Assembly (NCBI GenBank): GCA_902567045.1
Contig: CACFLJ010000007.1
Location: 512 to 64,511, forward strand
Length of the DNA stretch: 64,000 nucleotides
Direction: 5' to 3'
Origin: an uncultured Pelagibacteraceae bacterium
Lineage (GTDB): Bacteria > Pseudomonadota > Alphaproteobacteria > Pelagibacterales > Pelagibacteraceae
Shown piece by piece: positions 39,096 through 48,247 of this stretch. The position numbers and the translations under genes were made by a program. Within the stretch, counting starts at the first letter, position 1. Each line of letters opens with the position of its first letter. The notes under the pieces were generated by a model. That model saw only the letters and a program-made list of their open reading frames with translations. It was not told where the DNA came from and made no database searches.

Positions 39096-40010
39096 ATGTC
39101 ATACGACTCTATCAAGACAAAATTAGAAAACAATAAAATCATTATTTTAGATGGAGGCATGGGTGCAGAACTAGAAAAAAATGGTGCTGAAATGGATAAG
39201 CATATGTGGTGCGGAAAGTGTTCTGTTGATCATCCTGAATTAGTTAGAAAAGTACATGAGGATTATATAAATGCGGGAGCCGATGTAATTACAACTAATA
39301 CTTATAGTACTACTCCAATATCAATGAGACAGTACGGTTATGAAAACTCAATAGAAAAATTCAATCAAAAAAGTGTTAAGGTTGCAAGAGAAGCAATAGA
39401 AAGTACTAACAAAGAAACTACATTAGCTGGAAGTGTATCAACTTTTGGAAACTTTTATAAACTTGGTATCAAAGCAATGATACCTGGTTTTCATGAACAA
39501 CTAAGAATTTTATCTGACGCTGGAGTAGACTTAATTATTTTAGAAGCTATGTCTTCACAAGCTGACATAGTTGAAGCAATGTTAAATTGTTCAACAAAAG
39601 TAAATATACCTGTTTGGTTATCAGTATCTTGTGTAATGGATGATCAAAAAAATATAATGCTTGGATACAATGATACAATTGATTCTGATACACATGTCTA
39701 TGAAAACTTTGAGACATCCATAAAAAATTTTAAAAAATTACACGATGGTCCAATTTTAGTTGCTCATTCAGATATAAATATTACGGGTCAAGCAATTCAA
39801 GCTGCAAAGAAAAATTATGATGGGGTAGTTGGAGCATATCCTAATAAAGGTTATTATGAAAAACCACATTGGCGATTTGTAGATGATATGACGCCAACTG
39901 GGTATTTAAATGAAGTTAGGTCATGGATTAAAAATGGAGCTCAGATTATAGGTGGATGCTGTGGGATCGGTGTAGATGAAATAAAAGCAATTTCAATTTT
40001 AAAAAACTAA
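39096..40010 (+). CDS. Homocysteine S-methyltransferase family protein (His variant)
   Basis: LDGGMGAELE, HEDYINAGADVITTNT, AYPN, IGGCCG. Confidence 0.85.
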   Translation: MSYDSIKTKLENNKIIILDGGMGAELEKNGAEMDKHMWCGKCSVDHPELVRKVHEDYINAGADVITTNTYSTTPISMRQYGYENSIEKFNQKSVKVAREAIESTNKETTLAGSVSTFGNFYKLGIKAMIPGFHEQLRILSDAGVDLIILEAMSSQADIVEAMLNCSTKVNIPVWLSVSCVMDDQKNIMLGYNDTIDSDTHVYENFETSIKNFKKLHDGPILVAHSDINITGQAIQAAKKNYDGVVGAYPNKGYYEKPHWRFVDDMTPTGYLNEVRSWIKNGAQIIGGCCGIGVDEIKAISILKN

Positions 40011-40027
40011 AGTATATTTTAGGTATT

Positions 40028-40480
40028 ATGAAAACATTTATCGGCGGTATTGGCTGCTTTTGGGATGAAAAAAAGTATGAAGGTATAAAAGGTATAGTCT
40101 CAACAGAATGTGGCTACTGTGGTGGAGATGAGCCAAATGTTACATACAAAGCAGTTTGTGGTGGAGATACAGGGCATATAGAAGTGGTCAAAGTTGAATA
40201 TGATGAAAAAGAAAAGTCATATGAAGACATGGTCAATTTATTTTTTGAATTGCACGACTCAACTCAGGTAAATAGACAAGGCACATATGTTGGAATTCAG
40301 TATCGTTCTGAAATATTTTATAGCACAGAAGAGGAAAAGCTAATTGCAGAAAAAGTTTTAAACGAAGTCAACAGCAAATTAGATGGAAAAGTTTCGACTA
40401 AAGTATCAAAAGAAAAAAATTATTGTAAAGCCGAAGATTATCACCAAAAGTACGAACAAAAAAAATCATTAAAATATTGA
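40028..40480 (+). CDS. msrA: Peptide methionine sulfoxide reductase A
   Basis: GCFW, GH.E, NRQG...G.QYRS, AEDYHQKY. Confidence 0.9.
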   Translation: MKTFIGGIGCFWDEKKYEGIKGIVSTECGYCGGDEPNVTYKAVCGGDTGHIEVVKVEYDEKEKSYEDMVNLFFELHDSTQVNRQGTYVGIQYRSEIFYSTEEEKLIAEKVLNEVNSKLDGKVSTKVSKEKNYCKAEDYHQKYEQKKSLKY

Positions 40481-41640
40481 AGAAAAAAAAATTAGTCTCT
40501 GTCAGAAATCCAGAATTAACAACAGTTAAAGATAACAAGGCCTTATGGAACATTCCTAAAACAAGAAGGTTAGGTTATAGAAATTTACATAAAATTAATA
40601 GATACAGTATTTTTTTAAGATCTGACTTAGTTCTAAAATTAAAGTCTAAACCAAATAAAACTATCGGTAAGCTTCCTCTAGTTAAGAAGATGACTAAAAA
40701 TAAATCTTTTTGTTCTTTAATTGTAGGCAATCATCAAGACATATTATTTGAAAAATACGCTAAAGATTTTAAAAAAAATCAACCTCAAACAATTATGTCA
40801 ATTACAAAAATGTTCGTTAATTTATTTACTGGAGAATTGATTACTAAAGGATTAATAGATCTTAATAAAAAAGTTTCTTACTATTTACCAAAAATTGGAA
40901 GTGGCTATGCAAACGCAAAAATCCAAGATGTCTTAAACATGAATATTATAAACTCTTATACTGAAGATTATACCAAGTCATACTCATCTTCGTTTTTACA
41001 CGAACCTGTTGGGGGATGGAGACTGCCTAAAAATCTTAAAATTCATCTAAGCCAGGAGGAATATTTAAATACAATTAAAAAATCAAAAAATAAAAGTTTG
41101 ATTAATAATTCTGAATATGCTTTTTATAAATCCGCAAATACAGATGTAGTTGGATTAATAATAGAAAAAGTTAGTGGTAGAACTTTAAGAGATTGGGTTT
41201 TATCTGCAGTTGAGGCTGCAGGATTTGAAGATGGATTATATATTGCATCAGATAGATATGGTATGCCATGGATGTCTGGGGGTGGTTGCTTAATTACAAG
41301 AGATTTTTTACGAATGGGTTTACTTTTTGCAAGAAAAGGTATGGGTGTTGAAAATAGAAAAGTTGGATCTTCATCATTTTTTAATAAAACAATTGATAAT
41401 GTAGGTCCAAAATATATGGATTTATCTAAGGACAAATATTTATATTATTCAAATTCTACAATGGTTTCAGGCAACATGATTGGGCATTCAGGATATGGTG
41501 GTCAGTTTCTTGCAACAAACTTTAAAACTGGAAATGTAGCAGCCTTTTTTTCTGTTCTAGAGACAAAATCAGCAACGAAAGAAAGTTATAAAACTGATAT
41601 GATTAATATGCTGATAGATTTAGTTAATAAAAAATATTGA
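40477..41640 (+). CDS. Beta-lactamase-fold serine hydrolase (NylB/6-aminohexanoate-dimer hydrolase-like)
   Basis: SITK (SxxK), YKSANTDV, GYGGQ; TTG start overlapping msrA stop. Confidence 0.8.
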   Translation: MKKKKLVSVRNPELTTVKDNKALWNIPKTRRLGYRNLHKINRYSIFLRSDLVLKLKSKPNKTIGKLPLVKKMTKNKSFCSLIVGNHQDILFEKYAKDFKKNQPQTIMSITKMFVNLFTGELITKGLIDLNKKVSYYLPKIGSGYANAKIQDVLNMNIINSYTEDYTKSYSSSFLHEPVGGWRLPKNLKIHLSQEEYLNTIKKSKNKSLINNSEYAFYKSANTDVVGLIIEKVSGRTLRDWVLSAVEAAGFEDGLYIASDRYGMPWMSGGGCLITRDFLRMGLLFARKGMGVENRKVGSSSFFNKTIDNVGPKYMDLSKDKYLYYSNSTMVSGNMIGHSGYGGQFLATNFKTGNVAAFFSVLETKSATKESYKTDMINMLIDLVNKKY

Positions 41641-41641
41641 A

Positions 41642-42631
41642 TTAAGAATATCTTTCAATTAATTTTTTTAGATGTTTATCTGTAACACCGCAGCATCCCC
41701 CAATGATTTGAATTTGGTTATCAATTAACTTTTCACATTCATAAGCAAATTCTTCTTCGGAAGAAGTCACAATTGCTTTATGAGACTTTGTATCAAACTT
41801 ATGTATCTCAGGATATAACATCATCGGACCATTCCAATTATTTTTAATTACTTGCAATCCTTCAAAAGAGTCGACCAACCAGGTATGCATGATGCCATAA
41901 ACATCTCCACCTATGCTAGTAAGTGACTTTACAATATCTTCTAAAAGTACAATTTTATCATCAGGTATAAATTTTGGTTGCTCTTTATATTTGGTTTCAT
42001 CATAAATTAACGAATTTTCTTTTTCCGCACTAAAATTTCTACCAATAACACTGTTATCAAATTTGCTTATACAACAACTTAGCCCAACCCAAACTGGTAA
42101 CCCAGTTTCTAAAGCAGCATTCAATAAAATTTTTGAATGATCAATATCAAGTAACATTTCTAAAATTAAAATATCTGCTCCCTCCTCTTTTAAAATTTTA
42201 GCAGCTTCTTTATAATTTTGTTCCTCTTGATTAAAAGAAGGTATGTACCTAGGATTTGGCACAAATTCATTTTCCTTTAATGAAAAAAAATTTGATAAAC
42301 TTCCAGCAACCCCAATTTTATTTTCTTTACCTTTGTTTATTATTGCCTGTCTAGCTAATTTGACTGATTGTTTAATAAATTTTTTAGTTTCTGCTCCACG
42401 ATTAATACTTTCAAGATTATGTTTGGTTGAACTAAAAGTATTTGCTGTAATCAAATCGGAACCTGCATCAATAAACTTTTCATGTACTTTAATTACTATT
42501 TCTGGAGATATTATTGAGGCTAAGGCAGAAAAAGCAGGAGACATTTCACCCCCAAGAGAGGCTATTTCTGATCCATTTCCTCCATCTAAAAATATTTTTG
42601 ATTTTGATTTTAACTTTTCCTTAAAAAGCAT
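41642..42631 (-). CDS. Homocysteine S-methyltransferase family protein (second, His variant)
   Basis: LDGGNGSE, HEKFIDAGSDLITANTF, YPE, IGGCCG. Confidence 0.83.
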   Translation of the reverse strand: MLFKEKLKSKSKIFLDGGNGSEIASLGGEMSPAFSALASIISPEIVIKVHEKFIDAGSDLITANTFSSTKHNLESINRGAETKKFIKQSVKLARQAIINKGKENKIGVAGSLSNFFSLKENEFVPNPRYIPSFNQEEQNYKEAAKILKEEGADILILEMLLDIDHSKILLNAALETGLPVWVGLSCCISKFDNSVIGRNFSAEKENSLIYDETKYKEQPKFIPDDKIVLLEDIVKSLTSIGGDVYGIMHTWLVDSFEGLQVIKNNWNGPMMLYPEIHKFDTKSHKAIVTSSEEEFAYECEKLIDNQIQIIGGCCGVTDKHLKKLIERYS

Positions 42632-43525
42632 TTATTTTTCATCTTTTGGGGCGAGCACTACTGCTAAAATTCCTCCTAAAACAATCATTGCACTACCTAC
42701 AACTTCTCGCCAACCAAATGTTTCATCTGTTAAAATTCCTGCTGATATAACTCCAACAACTACTTCGCTTAAGTATAATATTGCGCAAAGACCTGCTCCT
42801 AAAACTGAGGGTGACCACATGATAACTACCCCTGTTGGAATAAAATAAAATACTGAAATAAGAACTAAAAAAGTAAACATTGATGAAAAAGCCTCAATGG
42901 GTGGCATTGGTCCTAGATAATCTTTTAAAATAAAGCCAGCAAAAATATTAAATATTGTTCCATAAACAAAAAATGAAAATATTACTGGGAAAACACCATC
43001 TGTTTTTGTAATTTCTAAACGTACTAAGCCGGCTCCAAAAAGCACACCTCCTACTAACGCCAACCAATCACCTGCATTTTGTGGTAATGGTATGATATTA
43101 GATTGGCTAAAAACAACCCACAAACCTCCAAGTGCTAAACTTAAAGTTAAAACTCTCTCTAAACCAGGTCTTTTCTTTAAAAAATATATCTCAAATATGG
43201 TGGTCCAGATAGGTATCATGTAAAACATAATCAATGCACGGACAACATCTGTTAATAAAAAACTTAAAGCGTAACAAATAAAACCACTACCAGTTAAGAA
43301 ACCAATAAATGGAATTTCTAATCCTGATGTTCGACCTTTATATTTTCTCCATAAAGATAAAGGTGTAAGCAATATAATTCCTATCATCATTTGAGAAATA
43401 GTTCCCCAACCTCCAGTTAAGCCGCCATCTTCTAAAATTCTTTGAGGAAGCCAATATACTCCCCATGACCCAGCAGCTATAGCTAATGCAAAAGCTATTT
43501 TAAAATGATGTTTGTGTCTGACCAT
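42632..43525 (-). CDS. EamA/DMT family transporter
   Basis: About 10 TM, FYMIPIWTT, EVVVGVISA. Confidence 0.85.
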   Translation of the reverse strand: MVRHKHHFKIAFALAIAAGSWGVYWLPQRILEDGGLTGGWGTISQMMIGIILLTPLSLWRKYKGRTSGLEIPFIGFLTGSGFICYALSFLLTDVVRALIMFYMIPIWTTIFEIYFLKKRPGLERVLTLSLALGGLWVVFSQSNIIPLPQNAGDWLALVGGVLFGAGLVRLEITKTDGVFPVIFSFFVYGTIFNIFAGFILKDYLGPMPPIEAFSSMFTFLVLISVFYFIPTGVVIMWSPSVLGAGLCAILYLSEVVVGVISAGILTDETFGWREVVGSAMIVLGGILAVVLAPKDEK

Positions 43526-44955
43526 TAATTTAGTTTTGGTTTGTGATTAGAAAAATTAAAGATTTCCTCATATCTTTTTGCAAAAGATATAACTTTTAAA
43601 TCTTCTTTATGTTTAGCTATAATTTGAATACCAATTGGAAATCCATCTTTATTAAACCCAATTGGCAATGAAATCGATGGTAAGTAAAAAAGACTAGCAA
43701 ATATATGTATTTCAATCCATCTATGGTAAGTATCCATTACTTGGTCATTAATTTTTTCAGGGTGTCTTAAATTTTTATCAAAAGGGAATGATTGTTGAGA
43801 TGGTAAAGCTAAAAAATCAAAGCTACCAAATAAACTATTTACATCATTTGATAATTCAATTCTTGAATTAAGAGCTAATTTTACATCTTCATCTGTGAGC
43901 TTAATGCCTTTTTTGTATTCCCATATCGCCTGTGGCGTCATTTCATTAACATCTTTAATATTCATTGAAATAATTTCCTCATTAATATCTTCATAAATAC
44001 TTTTGGCTCGCAATGTACCCCAGCAATTCCATAACTTATTGGCGTCTATTTTTGGTTTTAAATATTCAATTGAAACTTTATGCTTTTCAAGATTATTTAA
44101 TTGTTTGCTACATATTTCAACTAACTCAGGATCATATTGATATTTACCATTCATATCAGATAACCATCCAATTTTTATCTTTGAAAATTCTTGATCATTT
44201 AAATTAGTATTTCTAAATGAAGTATTTAAACTAAAAGAAATTGAATCTTCTTTACTTTCTCCAACTATAACATCTAAAAGAATAGACATATCTTCAGGTG
44301 TTCTTGCAAGACATCCTGGCGTTGAGATAATTGGTAGACTCTTTTTTTTTTCATTTGTTCGAAGGTCTGGCAGAAGTCCTGGGGTAGGTCTGAAACCATA
44401 AACATTTGCATAGGCTGCAGGAGTTCTGCAAGAGCCCATCATATCTGTTCCATCTGCAAACGGTAGTAGCTCTGCTGCAACAGCTACACCAGCTCCACCA
44501 CTTGATCCGCCTGATGATTGAGTATTTCCATATATGTTGGGCGTTATTCCAAATAGTCTGTTTGCTGTATGTGCGCCAACTCCTAATTCAGCTGTATTTG
44601 TTTTTCCAATCATGATTCCACCAGCATCTATTTGACGATCAACGATTATAGAATTTTTTTTTGGAAAGTTATCTTTATATCCAGGAAAACCGCAAGTAGT
44701 TGGAAAACCAACTACATCCAATAAATCTTTTGATGCTAAGGGAAGACCAAACAATGGTTTACTTGCATCAAAGTTTTTATCTTTATCATTAGCCTCATTT
44801 ATTATCTCTTCTTCATCTTTTATTGAGACAATAGCATTTAGAGAAGGGTTGTATTTTTTAATTCTTTCTAAGTAAAAGCTGACAACTTCTCTTACTGAAA
44901 TCTCTTTTTTATGAATTAAAGAAATAATTTCTTTTACTGATCTATTTTCAAGCAT
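43525..44955 (-). CDS. Amidase signature family protein
   Basis: LFGLPLASKD, GKTN, GGSSGG, GTDMMGSCR. Confidence 0.92.
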   Translation of the reverse strand: MLENRSVKEIISLIHKKEISVREVVSFYLERIKKYNPSLNAIVSIKDEEEIINEANDKDKNFDASKPLFGLPLASKDLLDVVGFPTTCGFPGYKDNFPKKNSIIVDRQIDAGGIMIGKTNTAELGVGAHTANRLFGITPNIYGNTQSSGGSSGGAGVAVAAELLPFADGTDMMGSCRTPAAYANVYGFRPTPGLLPDLRTNEKKKSLPIISTPGCLARTPEDMSILLDVIVGESKEDSISFSLNTSFRNTNLNDQEFSKIKIGWLSDMNGKYQYDPELVEICSKQLNNLEKHKVSIEYLKPKIDANKLWNCWGTLRAKSIYEDINEEIISMNIKDVNEMTPQAIWEYKKGIKLTDEDVKLALNSRIELSNDVNSLFGSFDFLALPSQQSFPFDKNLRHPEKINDQVMDTYHRWIEIHIFASLFYLPSISLPIGFNKDGFPIGIQIIAKHKEDLKVISFAKRYEEIFNFSNHKPKLN

Positions 44956-44967
44956 TAGAATTTATTA

Positions 44968-46158
44968 TTACCTAGCTTTTTTTATAGATGCTAGAGTAAT
45001 TTCCTTTGTTTCTTCTAAAGTTGCTATTCTTGGATTTGTTGCAAAGGCCTGATCTTTCATTGATTTTTCTGCGATTCTATCAACACAATCTTCGGGCACA
45101 CCAATTTCACTTAGACTTTTTGGAATTTTAATTCTATCAAGAAGGTTTTCAATGTTTGATATAAATGCTTCTACAGAATGATCTTCAAATTGCATAGCCT
45201 CTGACATTCTTTTAACTTTTTCTTCCATGCCTGGAAGATTATATTTTAGAACTACAGGCAATATTATTGCATTGGTTAGCCCGTGATGAGTATTGTATTC
45301 AGCTCCAACCATATGAGCAATAGCATGTACTAATCCTAAACCTTTTAAAAAAGAAATTCCTGCTAAACATGATCCAACATGCATTCCACCTCTGGCAACT
45401 ATGTTGCTAGGATCTTCTACAGCTGTGACTAAAGATTTTGATATCAAAGATAAACCTTCTAAAGCAGCACCATCACACATTGGATTAAAACCAGGAACAC
45501 AATAACCTTCTATGCCATGGATTAAAGCATCTGCACCTGTCCACGCAGTTAGGTTTGCTGGCAATCCAATTGTAAGTTCTGGATCTAACAATGCTAAGGA
45601 CGGTCTAACATCTGGATGCCACATACAAAATTTCATACCTTCTTTTAAATAAGTAACCATAGCTGTGATTTCTGTTTCAGCACCAGTACCTGCAGTAGTA
45701 GGAATGGTTATAATTTTTGGAAAAGGATTATCTTTACTAATTATAGGAGGAGTTAATTCAAATTCAAAATTTCTAAGTGGTACATCATTATTTGCTGTAA
45801 GGCATATCAATTTACCACCATCCATTGCACTACCTCCGCCTATTGCAATTATAGAGTCGTGATTACCGTCTTTAAATTTTTTTACTCCATTTGAAACCTC
45901 GTCTTCTCGAGGATTTGGAGATATATCAAAAAATAAATCTGATTTTATATTTGAGCTATTTAGATAGCTTTGTAAATTTAAAATAAATGGTAATTTTGGA
46001 CTTCCTTTGTCTGTAACTATCAACGGATTTTTAATATCTAAATTATTACAGATACTTCCTATTTCTTTTAATCTACCAGGACCATAAGCAATGTTAGTAG
46101 GAAATGTCCAGTCTTGATTGGATAGAATATCAGTTTCATTAAGTTTAAAACTTTGCAT
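44968..46158 (-). CDS. Iron-containing alcohol dehydrogenase
   Basis: GGGSAMD, PTTAGTG, DALIHGIE, HAIAH, HHG. Confidence 0.92.
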   Translation of the reverse strand: MQSFKLNETDILSNQDWTFPTNIAYGPGRLKEIGSICNNLDIKNPLIVTDKGSPKLPFILNLQSYLNSSNIKSDLFFDISPNPREDEVSNGVKKFKDGNHDSIIAIGGGSAMDGGKLICLTANNDVPLRNFEFELTPPIISKDNPFPKIITIPTTAGTGAETEITAMVTYLKEGMKFCMWHPDVRPSLALLDPELTIGLPANLTAWTGADALIHGIEGYCVPGFNPMCDGAALEGLSLISKSLVTAVEDPSNIVARGGMHVGSCLAGISFLKGLGLVHAIAHMVGAEYNTHHGLTNAIILPVVLKYNLPGMEEKVKRMSEAMQFEDHSVEAFISNIENLLDRIKIPKSLSEIGVPEDCVDRIAEKSMKDQAFATNPRIATLEETKEITLASIKKAR

Positions 46159-46194
46159 ATCCTAGATAAAGTATACAATTTTAAAAAATTATAA

Positions 46195-47127
46195 ATGAAT
46201 ATTTCGTCCGAAAAAACAGATTTAAAAAATACTTATCTGGCAATAGTTACAATGCTCTTAGCAATTCTATGCGTAGACATGTATATGGTTGTAATTAAGT
46301 TTTTAGGAGATGAGTATTCGGTAATTCAGCTTGCTGTTTTTAGAAATATTGCAGGTGTTATTCCTCTTTTTATTCTAATTCTATTTACAAGAGAGTATTT
46401 CTCAATTTTCAAAAATTTAAACAACAAATTTATAATTTTAAGCTTTTTAAGAGGACTTGCTTTCTTGTCTATGAATATCTTCATATTTATTTCAGTAATT
46501 AACCTTGAATTTGCAACTGCAATGGTTCTTACATTTTCGTCACCATTTTTCATAGTAATTTTATCAATAATTTTTTTAAATGATAAAGTGGGTATTTATA
46601 GATGGTCAGCAATATTTATTGGATTTTTTGGAGTTGTTTTAATTGTTCAGCCAGGAAGCGACATATTTAGTTTTTATTCAATATTTCCAATATTAACTGC
46701 AATTGCTTGGGCTTTTACAGTTATAATTCTAAAATTTATACCTGATGGGCACTCAACGGCAAAAATACAACTTTATACTTTAATCTTTAATGTAATTGGT
46801 GGAGTAATATTATTTTTAACAACCACTGGACATACAGATATTAAAAGTACTCAAGACTTTCTGTTAATGGTATTGACTGGAATACTAGGTGGGACTGCTG
46901 CAATACTTTTCATTTATGCTTATAGATTAATTTCTGCAAGCAAGATGGCATCTTTTGAATATTTTGGTATCCCATCATCTTTTGTTTTAGGTTGGTGGTT
47001 TTTTAATGAGGCACCTTGGGAACAATTATTTCCTGGAGTTTTTGTGATTGTGTTTGCAGGAATGATAATTATTTGGAGAGATAAGGTTAAACAAAAAAGT
47101 ACTAAGGTAAGTAGAGAGATTAATTGA
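46195..47127 (+). CDS. EamA/DMT family transporter
   Basis: About 10 TM, FSSPFF, RWSAI.IGF.GV, FEY. Confidence 0.87.
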   Translation: MNISSEKTDLKNTYLAIVTMLLAILCVDMYMVVIKFLGDEYSVIQLAVFRNIAGVIPLFILILFTREYFSIFKNLNNKFIILSFLRGLAFLSMNIFIFISVINLEFATAMVLTFSSPFFIVILSIIFLNDKVGIYRWSAIFIGFFGVVLIVQPGSDIFSFYSIFPILTAIAWAFTVIILKFIPDGHSTAKIQLYTLIFNVIGGVILFLTTTGHTDIKSTQDFLLMVLTGILGGTAAILFIYAYRLISASKMASFEYFGIPSSFVLGWWFFNEAPWEQLFPGVFVIVFAGMIIIWRDKVKQKSTKVSREIN

Positions 47128-48166
47128 CAGACTTCATTGACTTCATAACTATTGCTCTATCAATTTCACCAATCAATTTTCCTGTTTGTGTATCTACAAC
47201 TGGAAATTTCTGATCCGTATCAACTAGTTTATCAATCAATGTCTCAATTTTTGAGTCATGTGGAATATTATTAGATCCATTCTCAAACAATTTTTTTGTA
47301 TCATCACAACACTCTTCTCTCATTACCTTGCTTGCACTTAATACTTTATATTTTGGAACATCTTCACAGAAATCTTTTACATATTGATCTTTAGGATTTG
47401 CAACAATTTCCTCTGGAGTACCAACTTGTGAAACCTCTCCATCTTTCATAATAGCAATATGATCTCCCATCTTTATGGCTTCTAAGAAATCGTGCGTAAT
47501 AAAAACCATTGTCTTTTGAAGTTTTTCTTGAATTTTTAACAATTCATCCTGCATTTCTCTTCTAATTAGTGGGTCAAGTGCAGAAAAAGGTTCATCAAAA
47601 ATTAATATTTCTGGATCAACTGCAAGTGCCCTTGCTAGTCCAACTCTTTGTTGCATACCACCAGAAAGTTCTCTTGGATAATTATTGTGCCAACCTTCCA
47701 AGCCTACCATTTTTAAAACCTCCATTGATTTTTCTATTCGATCATTTTTTTTGTTACCTCTAATCTCTAATCCATAACCAATATTTTCAACCACTGTTCT
47801 ATGTGGGAATAATCCAAAGTGTTGGAAAACCATACTCATTTTATTTCTTCTTAAATCTAAAAGATCTCTTCCATTCATTTTTGTTACATCAACATCATCC
47901 ATTTTAACCGTACCAGAAGTTGGCTCAATTAATCTTGATATACATCTAACTAAAGTTGATTTTCCACTTCCAGATAAACCCATTACAACGAATGTCTCAC
48001 CTTTCTCAATTGAAAAGCTTACATCTTTAACGGCAACAACATGTCCAGTTTTTTCTTGGACTTCTTTTATTGATAAATTTTTATCTAAACCTTTAATAAT
48101 TCTTTTTTCGTCTGGGCCAAATAATTTCCAAACATTAGTACAAGTTATTTTTGCTTGATTACTCAT
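47120..48166 (-). CDS. ProV/OpuAA-like quaternary-amine ABC ATPase (copy 1)
   Basis: [43 protein letters not shown]. Confidence 0.92.
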   Translation of the reverse strand: MSNQAKITCTNVWKLFGPDEKRIIKGLDKNLSIKEVQEKTGHVVAVKDVSFSIEKGETFVVMGLSGSGKSTLVRCISRLIEPTSGTVKMDDVDVTKMNGRDLLDLRRNKMSMVFQHFGLFPHRTVVENIGYGLEIRGNKKNDRIEKSMEVLKMVGLEGWHNNYPRELSGGMQQRVGLARALAVDPEILIFDEPFSALDPLIRREMQDELLKIQEKLQKTMVFITHDFLEAIKMGDHIAIMKDGEVSQVGTPEEIVANPKDQYVKDFCEDVPKYKVLSASKVMREECCDDTKKLFENGSNNIPHDSKIETLIDKLVDTDQKFPVVDTQTGKLIGEIDRAIVMKSMKSVN

Positions 48167-48247
48167 ATTTTGTTATTTTAATAACATAAAAATAGACAAT
48201 ATTTTCCTTTAAAAGTAAAATAATTTATTTTAAAATTTTAATTAATT

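Noticed and set aside
39061-39096. SAM-V or other riboswitch ahead of the methyltransferase or demethylase genes
   Set aside because: Spacers are only a few bases and I saw no matching structure in the longer spacers; an Rfam/Infernal scan would be decisive.
42243-42848. 201-aa plus-strand ORF, and similar ORFs at 36228-36776, 52776-53141, 13978-14316 and other short overlapping ORFs
   Set aside because: Antisense or alternate-frame shadows of well-supported genes, with no motifs and mirror-codon composition.
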